This document shows positions 40,814 to 53,035 of a stretch of 64,000 nt of DNA, one piece after another. The DNA comes from Malacoraja senta. Its lineage: Eukaryota. Under the pieces are notes generated by a model that saw nothing but the letters and a program-made list of their open reading frames with translations, did no database searches and had not been told where the DNA came from. Each line of letters begins with the position of its first letter. The stretch's first letter is position 1. Both the position numbers and the translations under genes were made by a program. The DNA is taken from positions 992,001-1,056,000 of the forward strand of contig CM075991.1 of NCBI GenBank assembly GCA_038087875.1, in the 5' to 3' direction.

Positions 40814-43761
40814 GAGTGCCCGGACGGGGCGTCGAAGGACGAGAAGCCGAAGCGAAGAAGTGGAAGCTAAGATACTGAATGGAAACGACGCCGAAAAGGC
40901 AAATAACCGAACGGACTCGACGCCAAAAGGCAAATAACGGACATGGCACCTCCGGGGATGGGATTTGTCCGAGATGTTGTCAGCGATTGGTCCAGATTCC
41001 TGCGTCTATCACATCACTGGCCAGGGGGGGGGGGGGGGGGGGGATTTGAAATTTTCCTTCGCCGCTTTTGGACTGCCAAAGATCATAGAGCAGTTATTTT
41101 TGTAAGCGTTGATCTAGCCGACGGTTTTTATCTCTCCCCCCCCCTCTCTCCCTTCCCCCCCCCTCTTTCCTTTCACCCCCCTCTCTCCCTTTCCTCCCCT
41201 CTCCCTTGCCATCCCGCCTCCATCCCCCCTCTCTCTCCTCTCTTCTCTCTTCGCCCCCTCCCCCGCTCTCTCCCCCCCTCTCTCCTCGCGGCCCCCCCCT
41301 CTTCGTCTTCCCCCCCTGCATCTCTATCTTCCTCCCCTCCCTCTCTCTCTTTCTCTTCCCCCCCTTTCCCCCCCTCTTTCCCTCTCTCTTCCCCTCTCTC
41401 TCTTTCCCCCCTCTCTCTCTCTCTCTCTTCCCTCTCTCTCTCGAGCAAGCCGGCGCCTTCTCTCCTCTTCCCCCTCTCTCCTCTCTCTCTCTCTCTTCCC
41501 CCTCTCTCTCTCTCTCTCTCCTATCCACCTCCACTCTCTCTCTCTCTCTTGCCTCCCCCCTCTCTCTCTCTCTCTCTCTCTCCTCTTTCCCGGCCCCTCT
41601 CTCTTTCTAGTCTCTTCCCCGTCCCTTCTCCTCTCTCTCTCTCTCTCTTCCCCCCTCTCTCGCTCCCCCTCTCTCTCTCTCTCTCTCTCCCCCCCCCCTC
41701 TCTCTCTCCCCCCCTCTCAGCTCTTCTCTCTCTCTCTCCTTCTCCCTCTCTCTCTCTCTCTTCCTCCCTCTCTCTCTCTCTCTTCTCCTCCTCTCTCTTC
41801 CCCCTCTCCTCTCTCTTCCCCCCCCTTCTCTCTCTCTCTCCCCTCTCTCTCTCTCTCTCTCTCCCCCCTTCCCCCCCTCCCTCTCTCCCCCTCCCTCTCT
41901 CCCCCCCCCTCCCCCCTCCCCAGCTCTCCCCCTCCCTCTCTCCCCCTCCCTCTCTCCCCCTCCCTCTCTCCCCCTCCCTCTCTCTCCCCCTCCTCTCTCC
42001 CCTCCCTCTCTCCCCCTCCCTCTCTCCCCCTCCCTCTCTCCCCTCCCTCTCTCCCCCTCCCTCTCCCCCCCCCTCTCTCCCCCCTCTCCCCTCTCCCCCC
42101 TCTCTTCCTCCCCCTCCTCTCCCTCTCTCCCTCCCTCTCTCCCTGCCCCTCTCTCTCTCTCTCTCTCCTGTCTGTCTGTCTCTCTCTCTGTCTCTCTCTT
42201 GTCATTCCTGGAATCATTTGCCGTTTTGCAAAGACAACTGCATCTGCAGTTCCTTCTTATTGAAGAAGAACCCTGGCCCGAAACAAGTCCTAATCCATTT
42301 CCTCCACTAGCCGCCTAGCCCGCTGAGTTCCTCTAGCACTCTGTTTTTTATTTAACTCTGAAATTTAAGATAGACACAAAAAGCTAAAGTAACTCAGCAG
42401 GACAGACGGCATCTCTGGGTAGAAGGAATGGGTGACGTTTCGGGAACAGACCTTCTTCAGACAATCACAAGTACTCTCACCGAAGAAAGTTCTGAAGAAG
42501 GGTCTCGACCTGAAACGTCACCCATTCCTTCTCTCCGGTGATGCAGCCTGTCCCGGCTGAGTTACTCCAGCATTTTGTGTCTATTACTTAGAACAGCCCT
42601 GCGACCTGTAACTTTGGTTGCAATGCTGGAGAATGTCTTTTAGGAGGATTAAAGACTGAGAGGAGATTTGGTTCAAAATCATCGTGGGCAGAGGGATTAA
42701 GGTGGAATGGGTTCCACCAGAGTTTGGGCTGTTTGATCTAATGTTTTGATTTCATTGCACAGTATTTTTCATTTCACTGTCTTGTACAATTTATGTATAA
42801 TTTATGTTTTCGTGTGTTGTCTATGTGTGCCTGCGATGCTGCTGACAGCAAGTTTTTCATTGTTCCTGTACCTCAATACACTTGCGCATCTGAAAATAAA
42901 CTAGGCTTGAGAACTGGAGACCATAGACTTTAATTAGTTGTCAAAAGAAACAGGATGTCGCGAAGAAAAAACGTAATGAGTAACTAGGGATCTGAATCCA
43001 ACGCCTGATGAGGTAGCAGGAGCTTTAATTCTGTTTTTTATATGCGATTTAGTAAGCAACTGAACTGAAACGTGTTAACGGAGATACATAAACAATGGCA
43101 GTAAATCGACTGCTCTTTCAGAAAGCATATGGACATCAGACACTCCACCTCTCCCATCCCACCATCAGTCCAAACCAGTTACATAATTCCATACAACGCC
43201 TCCACGGGGCCTATATTCCACAGAGTATAGAAGACTTGTGAATAGACACAAAATGCTGGAGTAACTCAGCAGGACAGGCAGCGACTCTGGAGAGAAGGAA
43301 TGGGTGACGTTTCGGGTCGAGACCCCTTCTTCCAGATTGAACTGAACTCGTCGGTGAGAGTTCTTGTGATTGTCTGAAGAAGGGTCCCTACCCGAAACAT
43401 CACTCATTCCTTCTATCCCGAGATGCTGCCTGTCCCGCCCGGTGAGTTACTCCAGCTTTATTATTATGATCTGTGTTGTTATTAGTGTTAATGTGCTAAA
43501 GCAGTGTACCATCATGTACCGAACCCAATTACCACCAACCCTGGTCGTGTGGCAAATAAAGTTTCTATTCTATTCTATTCTATTCTATCTTCAATTTCAG
43601 AGTTAAATAAAAAACACAGAGTACTGGAGAAATTCAGGGGGCTAGGCAGCATCTGTGGAGGGAATGGATTAGGAGTTGTTTCGGGACAGGGTTCTTCTTC
43701 AATAGGAAGGAACTGCAGATGCAGTTGTCTTTGCAAAATGCCAAATGGTTCTGGGAATGAC

Positions 43762-43794
<33 letters not shown>

Positions 43795-44203
43795 CAAGAG
43801 ATCTAGATAGATAGATAGAGGGGGGAGGGGAGAGAGAGATAGAGAAAGAAGGAGAGAGAGTGAGAGAGATTCCAGCCTCTTAACCCCAAGCACCGTGGTA
43901 AACCAACGCTTACAAAAATAATCCGCCCTATGATCTTTGGCAGTCCAAAAGCGGGGAAGGATAATTAAAAATCCCCCCCACCTTCCCGTCTCCCCCGGCC
44001 AGTGATGTGATGGACGCGGGGAACTGGACCAATCGCTGACAAGGTCTCGGGCAAATCCCGTCCCCGGAGAAGTCATGTCTGTTATTTGGCTTTTCGGCGT
44101 CATGTCCGTTCGGTTATTTGGCTTTTTGCCGTCGGTTCCGTGTGGTATCTTGGTTTCCATTCTTCGCTTCAGCTTCTCGTCCTTTAAAGCCCCGTCCACA
44201 CAC
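40814..44203. mobile_element. Foldback (long inverted repeat) non-autonomous DNA element, MULE-like
   Basis: Arms 40814-~42585 and ~43241-44203 are reverse complements; flanked by the direct repeat ATTATCAAA (40805-40813 and 44204-44212); both ends begin G.GTG..GGACGGGG. Confidence 0.8.
41130..42200 (+). repeat. About 1.07-kb C/T low-complexity tract
   Basis: Nearly pure pyrimidine strand. Confidence 0.97.
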
Positions 44204-44319
44204 ATTATCAAAAGGTGGCAAAGATTTTGGGAACGGCTGTTTGGTGGAAGTGTTTAGTTTCACAAGAATAAAAAATGCAGAGGGTTTGATGAGGGAGACA
44301 AGGTAGCTGAGTAGTACAA

Positions 44320-44625
44320 GGGCAGCACAGTGACGCAGCTTGTAGAGTCGCTGCCTCATAGCACCCGAGGTCCGGGCTCGATTGGGACCTCCGTTGCTGT
44401 GTGGAGTTTGCACGTTCTCCCCGTGATTGCGTGGATTTCCTCCAGGTGCTGTGGTTTCCTCCCACATCTCAAAGTCATGCAGGTATGTAGGTTAATTGGT
44501 CTCTGTAAATTGCCCCTGGTGTGCAGGGAATGGATGCAAAGTGGGATAACATAGAATTCGTGTGAATGGAAGTTGAATGTTGAGCCAACGGGCCTGTTTG
44601 CATGTTGTAGCTCTAAAGGTAAAGG
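44320..44625 (+). mobile_element. HE1/V-SINE-like SINE
   Basis: tRNA-like head, central tgtggagtttgcacgttctccccgtg domain, CR1-type tail. Confidence 0.85.
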
Positions 44626-45289
44626 TACAGTAAGTACAGATCTTTCCTTTTTTCTTTTAGCGGTAGTCAGTGGAGTGGTATGTCTTCCTGCGAATAGTGG
44701 GGGACTGGGGTGAAGTGAGGTATCACTGACGTGTACATTTACAGGCACGGTGTCCAATTGCAGGTCCTCTCACACCGCAACATGCTCTCATTTTGAGAAG
44801 TGAAATTGACCCAAAACTTGGAAGTGTGGTGAAAAATGAGGAGGAACAGTTCAGAAAACACACATAGGAATGTACAGGATGAAACATCTTGTTAGGGAAA
44901 GAGAAGAGAGATAATATATCGCAATGGTTTCATTTTTGCTGAGTTTGCAAAAACAGAGAGTGATCTGGGAGTGTTTGGGGGTCATTGGCTAAGTTAACAA
45001 AGCAGTTAATAAACCAACAAGCAGTTAGGATTTGGAATGCACTGCTCATGGAAGTATGTTTAATAGAATCCTTTGAAAGGGAATTGGTCACAGCCTTACA
45101 GGGGAAAGCATTTGCAGGGTTAAGTGGAAAGGGAGAGAGATGGGGGTTGCAATGTTCCTCTGCAAAGCAGCTGGAGTAGATGGGCTGAAAAGTCTGTGTA
45201 TGCTGTACCATCTGATAATTCCATGATAGGGATTACATTGATCGTCTTGCTAGCTTTTGATTTGATTCCAGTTGCCAAAGTAGTTTAGA

Positions 45290-45598
45290 GACACAGTTTA
45301 GAGATACAGCGCGGAAACAGGCCTTTTGGCCCACCGAGTCCATGCCGACCTGAGATCCCCGCACACTAACACTATCCTACACACACTAGGGACAATGTTT
45401 TACATATACACCAAGCCAATTAACCTACAACCTGTACGTCTTTAGAGTGTTGGAGGAAACCGAAGATCTCGGAGAAAACCCACACGGTCACGGGGAGAAC
45501 GTATAAACTCTGTATAGACAGCTCACATAGTCGGGATCAAACCCGGATCTCTGGTGCTGCAAGCGCTGTAAGGCAGCAACTCTACCGCTGCGCCACCA
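45290..45598 (-). mobile_element. HE1/V-SINE-like SINE
   Basis: Reverse-complement head ggtggcgcagcggtagagttgctgcc, B-box-like ggtttgatccc, CR1-type tail. Confidence 0.88.
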
Positions 45599-45886
45599 TG
45601 AAGCCCGTTTGGCAAATTGAGATCTATTTTTACCTGACCACATTTCCCTTCAAGTCTGCAATGAAAAATGATAATCACATGGAATTCAATAAAGTCCCTT
45701 TGAATCTGAATAATGGAGACATCAATGATAACGTTATCTCTCCCCAGTGGACATTAACCCAGATACACGGCTGTAACCTGCTTACTGATCTTTATCGGGT
45801 TTAGAAATTGAAGGAATGTCCTCTGCAGATACAAGTGGAAAGTGCTCAGCGATTTAAGGCCCCAACACTTTGGACATGCTACAGAA

Positions 45887-47274
45887 TCTATATCTATCTA
45901 TCCATATAGTCTCGACTTGTTTGTCTGTCTGTGATCCCAGGAGCTACGCCAAAACGGTACACAATAGCACAAAAAATTTGCAGAATTTTACTCAGCTTTT
46001 TCCTGTGGTCGTTTGTATCAAGTTTCTTCACATTTGATGTTATATTTCACGTTATTGATATTTCAAGGTTAAAAAAAGGCAACTTTGACAAGATTTTTAC
46101 TGTTAAAATCCTTCCTGCCAGCTTCCAACAAACTTCGATACAAAGTAGCAATACAGGAACACTCTGTGCTTCTACCAACTTTTCACCTGAATGGGATATC
46201 ACAGTCCTCCACCTGACATTTGTAACAATGTTGCCATCATACAACACTTAATCCATCTTCTGGCAGGACAGGAGGGGGAGGGTGAATTGGTATTGCAATT
46301 GGATTTTTTTTTAAAGTCCAGTGCTGGGAGGCAGGGGAGGGCTGGAAACATACATTCGACAGCGGGTAGCATTAGGGGACCAGGCCACCCGTGTGACAGG
46401 GACCCAAAAGTCTTGTCTTGTTTCTATGTGTGTGTGTGTGTCTGTCTGCTTGATCGTATCTACGCCAAAACGGTGTACGGTAGCGCTAACATTTCTGCAG
46501 AACCTTGCTCAGCTTTTTTCCCGTCGGCGTCCTTGTCAAGTTTCCTTCAGATTTGATGTTATATTTCACGTTATTGATATTTAAAGGGTTAAAAAGGCCA
46601 AAGATTTTTACTGTTTTTATGACGTCACAATGGGATCCCGTTCAACGTCACAATGGGATCCCGAATCTCATTTACATTAAAAAATCAAATTTTTAATCAA
46701 ATCCGTTTTCATTAACAGCTAACATTGTGTTTAGGTTATTTTAAAGAAAAGACGCGACATTCATTGAGAATTTCATTTAAATATTTTTAAAAACGTGATT
46801 TTCATTGTGGGGAGGTTTCATTAAAAAAAAATGTGGTTTTCATTGTGTGTGGGGGGGGTGGGATAGGGGGAGGTGAGGAGTGGGGGAGCAAGGAGATAGA
46901 GGGAGTGGAGGGGGGTAGGGAGGGGAGAGGGGTTATGGAGGGAAGGAGCGAGGGAGTGACTGATGGTAGGGGAAAGGAAAGGGAGGGAGAGGTGAGTGAG
47001 GGAGTGGGGAGGGGAGGGGAGGAGAGGGGAAAGAAGAGGGAGGGTGAAGAGGAGGGGGTGGGAGTTCTGGGGGATGAGGGGGAATGGAGGAGGATAGGGG
47101 TAGGAAGAGGGATGGCGAGGCGCAGTTGGGGAGGGTTGCCATGACTCGCGTCACAACGGTGATCCCTGGCGTCACAACACGAACCCCTCAGCCACGCCTG
47201 CGCAGTTGGGGGCTATGGGTCAGGGGTGGAATATTGCCTTGGGGATGGGCCCAACGGGTCCACACCTGGTTTAG
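45887..47274 (+). mobile_element. Non-autonomous Helitron copy D, a head-to-tail dimer with junction near 46405
   Basis: Starts A|TCTATATC; the 5' module (ctacgccaaaacggt...atttgatgttatatttcacgttattgatattt) occurs twice; ends with hairpin tgggcccaacgggtcca plus TTAG|T. Confidence 0.75.
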
Positions 47275-47339
47275 TTATAAAATGCAACCTAAATTATTTC
47301 ATGTTAAACCTATCATTAAGAGCTCTCCTCACGATAATG

Positions 47340-48135
47340 AGAATATTGTCCGGTTGGCGACGCGACTCACGTTGCAGCCTGTGTCTTTTTTTATTTTTTT
47401 GTCCAGTTAAATGTAGTTGTTGTGTTCTTTTATACTGTTTTTGGCTGTGTATATGTGGGGAGCGGGGGGGGGGGGGGGTCTTTTTAAATCTCTTCCCTGC
47501 ACGGGAGACCCGACCTTTTTCCTGTTGGGGCCTAATACCGTGGAGCGGCCTTCAACCGGAACGACCTGGGGGCTCCAGTCGTGGAGCCGGCGGACGTGGG
47601 GCGATGGTGGCACGCTGCTGCGGCCCGACTCCGGAGCTCGGAGGCTCCAGCGGCAGGCCCGGTGGACAGGAACATCAGGAGCTCGCGGGTGCCTGGTGGA
47701 AGACCGCTTTTCGGAGCTCCCGCAACGCAACTTCTCCCACCCGTGTCGAGGGGTTGGAACGACCCGGAGCGGGGCCGTACATCGCCCTGCGCGGCTTTAA
47801 CGGTTGCGGGACATGCCAACGCCCGCCGGGGGCTCCCACATTGAGACATTAAAACCTGGAGCGGGGCCGTACATCACCCGGCGCGGCTTTAACGGCCGGG
47901 GGACTTACCATCGCCCGCCTGGGGCTTTAACATCGGGAGAAAAATGGAACACAGGGGAGAGAAAAGACTTTGCCTTCCATCACAGTGAGGAGATGTGATG
48001 GATGTTTGTGTGAATTGAATTGTTTGTGTGTCTTGTAGAAATTGTTCTGTTTGTATGGCTGTAGAAACAGAGTTTCGTTTGAGCCTCATTGAGGTTCAAA
48101 TGACCATGAATAAATATTGTATATTGTATTGTAAT
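47340..48135 (+). mobile_element. Non-autonomous GC-rich retroelement
   Basis: gccttccatcacagtgagg motif, internal tandem duplication (47765-47935), aataaa plus (ATTGT)n tail. Confidence 0.65.
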
Positions 48136-48149
48136 AAGTTTAATTAGGA

Positions 48150-50960
48150 CACAGTGCTATGTGCTAATGAGGCAAAGAATAGTAAGCTTGTGCAGTTGAA
48201 TATATGGCTAACGAGCTGGTGCAGGGAGGAGGGATTCAGATATATGGGTCGCTGGGCTCAGTTCCAGGGCAGATGGGGCCTGTACAAGAGGTATGAGTTG
48301 TATCTGAATTGGTGGGGAACCAATACCCTTGTAGGGAGATTCGCTGGTACTACTCGAGAAGGTTAAACTAGAGTGAATGGGGTTGGAACTGGCGCAGCAG
48401 GTCAAAAGATGGAAGAACTTATGGGAACATAGAGGTTATGACCAGTACGTTTCAATGGAAGAACAGGTTAACAAACACAGTGACACTGATGGGCTGAATT
48501 GTGTTTATTTCAATGCTTGGAGTATTATGTGCAATGTACTGAAGTTGAACAGAGCGTGAAAAGGAGCATGGATCCATGACATGAATCATACAAAATGACA
48601 CTGGAAACATGGTGAATCTTGTGTACTGTCTCAGTGTTATCTACTATTCATACACTCTTGTACTTAAGTATGATTGTGCCTATCTACAGTCAGATTTTTA
48701 CTGAAATGTTGGCATAAAAGGAATTTCACTGTCCCTAGGTATACATAGCAATAAAGTACCACTCGACTAAGTGGGACCCGTTGGGTCCCAGTCACACAGG
48801 AGGCCTGGAGAGTGTTCGGAGAAAAGATGGGGGAAGCACCATGGGGGAGAGGGGGGTATCACAGGGATGGGGGCAGGAGCCAGCGAGGGGGACCAGAGGG
48901 GTAGGGGCTGGAGCTGGCGATGCGATGGCGACTCCCAGCGAGCGCTGGTCGCTGGTCATTCCGCTCCGCCAGGATCAGAGTCTCCGCTTTCCATTTGGCG
49001 ACATCGGCAACATCTCCGACTCCGCGCCGCAGTGGGCTGGACTGGGCCGCTTCCGGTCCCTCCGAAATTGTGTCCGGTTGGAGACCTCCGCCGATCATCC
49101 AGTGCGTTCCTCAGCACCAGTAAAGATGTGATGGCGCAGGAAGAGGCGGACCGGAGATGAGTGACAGAAGAGACCAATCCGCGCTGCGCTGACTGGCAAG
49201 AGAAGAGATCGATCTGCGCATGCGCGGTTTTTAAAATTTTTGAACATCGATAACTTTTATATTATGCCACCGATCTGAACTAAACAGTGCACTCACAGCA
49301 CAGGAGAACGGTAAGTGAGCTGGCGAAAAATCATAGCGCTATCGCGTATCAGTTTTGCGCAAATAGAAAGACCATGCAAACCGGAAGATAACAAGATCAG
49401 AGTTTTGGTTATGTATAGATTAAATATTTGAACAGATTAATGTTGTGACTAATATGGAAACTTGTTTGTGAGAGGGATAGGACTGGCAGCTCAACATTCT
49501 AGATGTTTCAGATGTGATAGAGAGGGAGGTAAAGGAGGGGGAGGAGTTATATTACTAATCAGATAAAATGTCACAATGGGGTCCAGAGAGGACATACTGA
49601 CGGGTTCATCCACTGAGGTAATATAGATATAGTTGAAAAATAAGGAAGGTGCAATCACGCCAATGGAATTATACTGTAGATCTCCTAATGGTCAGTGGAA
49701 GATTGAAGAACATTACTGAAAGATATTGAAGCATCACACTTGTCATAGTGGGTGACTTTCAATTCCCCAAAGTTGACTGAAAACGCTAACATTGGAGAAA
49801 TGGACTTGTTTAGTGCAAAAGGCTTTTACGGGGCAGGATTTGTTAGGTGTATCAAAGAGGGTTTCTTGAAACAGTATATGGTCGCCTAATTCGAGGAGGG
49901 GCAATACTGGACCTTGTGTTGGGAAACAACCTGGTCACTGGTGTTTCAGTGTAGGAATATTTGGGAACAGTGATCACAACCCCATAAGTATAATGATAGT
50001 TATAAATAAGGGTAACTCAGGACCTTGGTGAAAGATTCTATATTGGGGTTAGGCAGAATGCTGCAATATTCGGCAGGATAGGATTTACTTGAATTTAGAC
50101 AAGAGTGAGATAACTAGGGACAGTCAGCATGGCTTTGCCTCTGGCAAATCGTGTGAGTTTTTTGAGAAGGTGATAGATGATTGTAGGGCAATGAATGTGG
50201 GCAATATGGATTTTAGTAAGGCAATTGAGAATGTCCCTCATGATCCAGATGATTAAGATGCATTGGATCCGCAGTGACTTTGTAGTTTTAATTTAGAACA
50301 GGCTTACCCATACATGAGATAGGGTAGTGATGCAATGATGCTATTCTGGCTGGAGGTCTGTAACCAGTGGTGTTCTGCAAGGATATGTTCAGTTCAGTTT
50401 TTATTTGTCATATGTAGGTTAAGACAGGGCCCATATATTGTGCTGGAACTGCTATTGTTTGAGATATATATAAATGACTTGGACGCAAAGGTAGATTGAT
50501 TTATAAGGGTTTGTAAGCAAGTTTACAGACAACACCAAAAATTGGAGGATTTGCGGACAGTGGTGAGATTGTCAAAGGATACAGTGCGATGTAAATCACG
50601 TACAGATATGGGTAGTGAAATGGCTGATGGAGTTCAATCCAAGCAAGTGTGAGGTGTTACACTTTGAGAGGTTGAATGTAAGGGAAAAGCACACAGTTAA
50701 TGGCAAGATCCTTAATACCATTGATGTACAGGGGGAACATGGGGTCCAAATCCACAGCTCCCTGAACATGGCAATGAAAGTAGATGGAGCGGTAAAGAGG
50801 GCTTATGTATGCTGGCCTTCATGGGTTGGGGCAGAGTATAGAGCATAGAGTCAAGCAGTAATGTTGCAGCTTAATACATTTTTTATTAGGCCACATTTGG
50901 AATATTATGTACAGTTTTGGATGCCCACAGTACCTCAAGGTGCAAACAAAATTCGTTCAA
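48150..50960 (+). mobile_element. Old CR1 interrupted by a Rex-type tail and Helitron copy E
   Basis: ORF1 end (LNIWLTSWCREEGF), endonuclease and RT remnants (KWLMEFNPSKCEVLHF). Confidence 0.72.
48762..49419 (-). mobile_element. Non-autonomous Helitron copy E (658 bp)
   Basis: Minus-strand 5' A|TCTATACATAACCAAAACTCTGATCTTG; 3' hairpin tgggacccaacgggtccca plus CGAG|T. Removing it restores aataaagtacca|ttaaa, an A|T site with no TSD. Confidence 0.88.
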
Positions 50961-51004
50961 AATGATCTTGGAGGCCAAGGTAAGATGACTTATCAGTTTA
51001 TTCC

Positions 51005-52250
51005 TTACACTGGTGGCATAGCAGCACTGTAGCTGATGCCGCTCCAGGTTCAATCCTGACTTCCACTGCTATCTGTGCAGAGTTTGCACAGTGTCCCTGT
51101 AACTTCATGGGTTCTCCTGGGATTTCTGGTTTCTTCCCACATCCCAGTTGGTGGGTAAGTTAACTCACCTCTAGTGTAGGTGGGCAGCAATGGAGTTCGG
51201 GAGGAGTCGATAGGCGTATGAGAGAGACTAAGTTACAGAGAAATAAGCGGGGTACTGATGCTATGAGCTGAGAGCTGGCAACAAATTGATGCCAGCTCTC
51301 AGAAGAAGGGTCTGAAGAAGGGTCTCGATCCGAAACATCGCTCATTCCTTCTCTCCGGAGATGCAGCCTGACCCGCTGAGTTATTCCAGCATTTTGTGTC
51401 TACCTTTGATTTAAACCAGCATCTGCAGTTCTTTCCTACACATCAAATTGATGGGTCAAATGAACTCCTCCTATGTCATTTGGAGGATGTCTATGTCATC
51501 GAGGCCATATTTGGAGCAGTTTTGGACCCCATGTCTGAGGAAGGATGTGCTGGCATTGGAGAGGGTCCACAAGAGGTTTACAAGAATTATCTCAGGGATG
51601 ATTGGGTTAACATATGATGAGTGTTTGTACTTGATAGATTCTTGATTAGTAAGGGTGTCAGGGGTTATCGGGAGAAGGTAGGAGAATGGGGTTGTGAGGG
51701 AAAGATAGATCAGTCATGATTTAATGGTGGAGTGGACTTGATGGGCCGAATGGTCCACTCCTGCTCCTACAACTTATGAACTTATAGTAAATGCTCCATG
51801 AACTTTGAGTTACTCATTGTATATTTTTCGATGGATACACAAGGGATTGCAGATGCTGGATTACGGAGAAAAACACAAAGTGCTACAGGAGCTCAGCCAG
51901 TCACACAGCACCCATGGAGGGAAAGGGATGGTCGACACTTCAAGTCAAGACCCTGCCTCAGGATGAAGAGTGTCGAATGAGGACAGGCCATAAAAAGCGT
52001 TGAGAGGGAGGAATGAGACAGAGGCTGGAGGGTGATAAATAGCACCATTGAGGTGTGAGATAATGGTTAGATGGAGCCTTAGGGGACAGCGAGGAGGGAG
52101 GTTTCAGACAGAGGCCAGAGAACGATAGGTGGAACAAGATAAGTGAGGGATGATGGGTAGCTAGAACCAAATGTGAGGAGTGGAAAGGAGAAGAAACCCA
52201 GGTGAATAGGTGTGTGGGTGGATGCCTCCACAGTTGCTGCTCGGTCTGCT
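51005..52250. mobile_element. Cluster: SINE (51005-51290), Penelope pLTR halves (51300-51440, 51830-52250), CR1 3' piece (51500-51790)
   Basis: Same family motifs as elsewhere in the window. Confidence 0.65.
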
Positions 52251-52828
52251 GTACCTTCAGCAGTTTGTATGTTTGGTTGTTGGAACAATGAGCAGTCAAA
52301 CTGCCATAAAGTCACTGATAGCAGTCATGTTATTCATCAATCTACTCTGAGCATCATTGAAGCAATGACATCGCTGTCACTGAGCTGTTTGTGCAAATTG
52401 CTGGAAGCAAATTGGCTACAATGCTGTTTACAATGTAGCAGGGAATATACGTACTTCAGAAGTACCCCTGTAAAATGCTTTAGGATATCCCAATAAATGC
52501 TCGAGGTTCCTTTTTGTTTTGTAATTTTGCACTAGGAAGCTGATGTAAGACATTGAAATGAAAGGATTCTGGACGGAATGGAGAGAAACTCGAACAATTG
52601 TGCTAATCACCTTGTATGAATTAACACTGTACCTGAAACAACAGAAAAGTACAAGAAAACGTCCTGAAGTGTTTCCACTGAAAGCCATTGTTAAGTTAAA
52701 TACTTGGAGCGAAAAACGTAGATCATTTACAGTTAAGGCACCAAAGACAGCCACTTAGCCATCAAGTACAAATGGAATCTCTCTCGAGCGATACAATCAA
52801 TTCTATTCACTCATTTTATGCCCGAAGC

Positions 52829-53035
52829 CAGGGATTCCCAACCTTTTTCGTCCCGTTTACCCCTGGCAGCTTTAATAGCACATAACAATGTATATTCACT
52901 TATTTATGAACAACTAAAGATAATGGTATGGCAGAACCAAACACAGTCAGTCAATGAGAAAAGATATGTACAAATCCAGAATTAACAAATATACCCACTG
53001 GGTTGGCTAAATTTACCCCAGACTGGAAACCCTTG
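52829..53035. mobile_element. hAT (Charlie-like) MITE, 207 bp
   Basis: Imperfect TIRs CAGGGATTCCCA / TGGAAACCCTTG; 8-bp TSD cccgaagc / ccctaagc (1 mismatch). Confidence 0.8.

Noticed and set aside
40943..42310. 455-aa Pro/Ser/Leu-rich ORF
   Set aside because: Translation of a stop-free C/T tract inside the foldback arm; not a credible gene.
44320..44400. tRNA-like heads here and at 34245, 45530-45598 and 57885
   Set aside because: They continue into SINE core and LINE-type tails, so they are SINE heads rather than tRNA genes.
52450..52650. Strong acceptor-like sites on both strands within intron 1
   Set aside because: The candidate minus-strand exon would end in phase 0 and break the frame with the 74-bp exon; no homology support.
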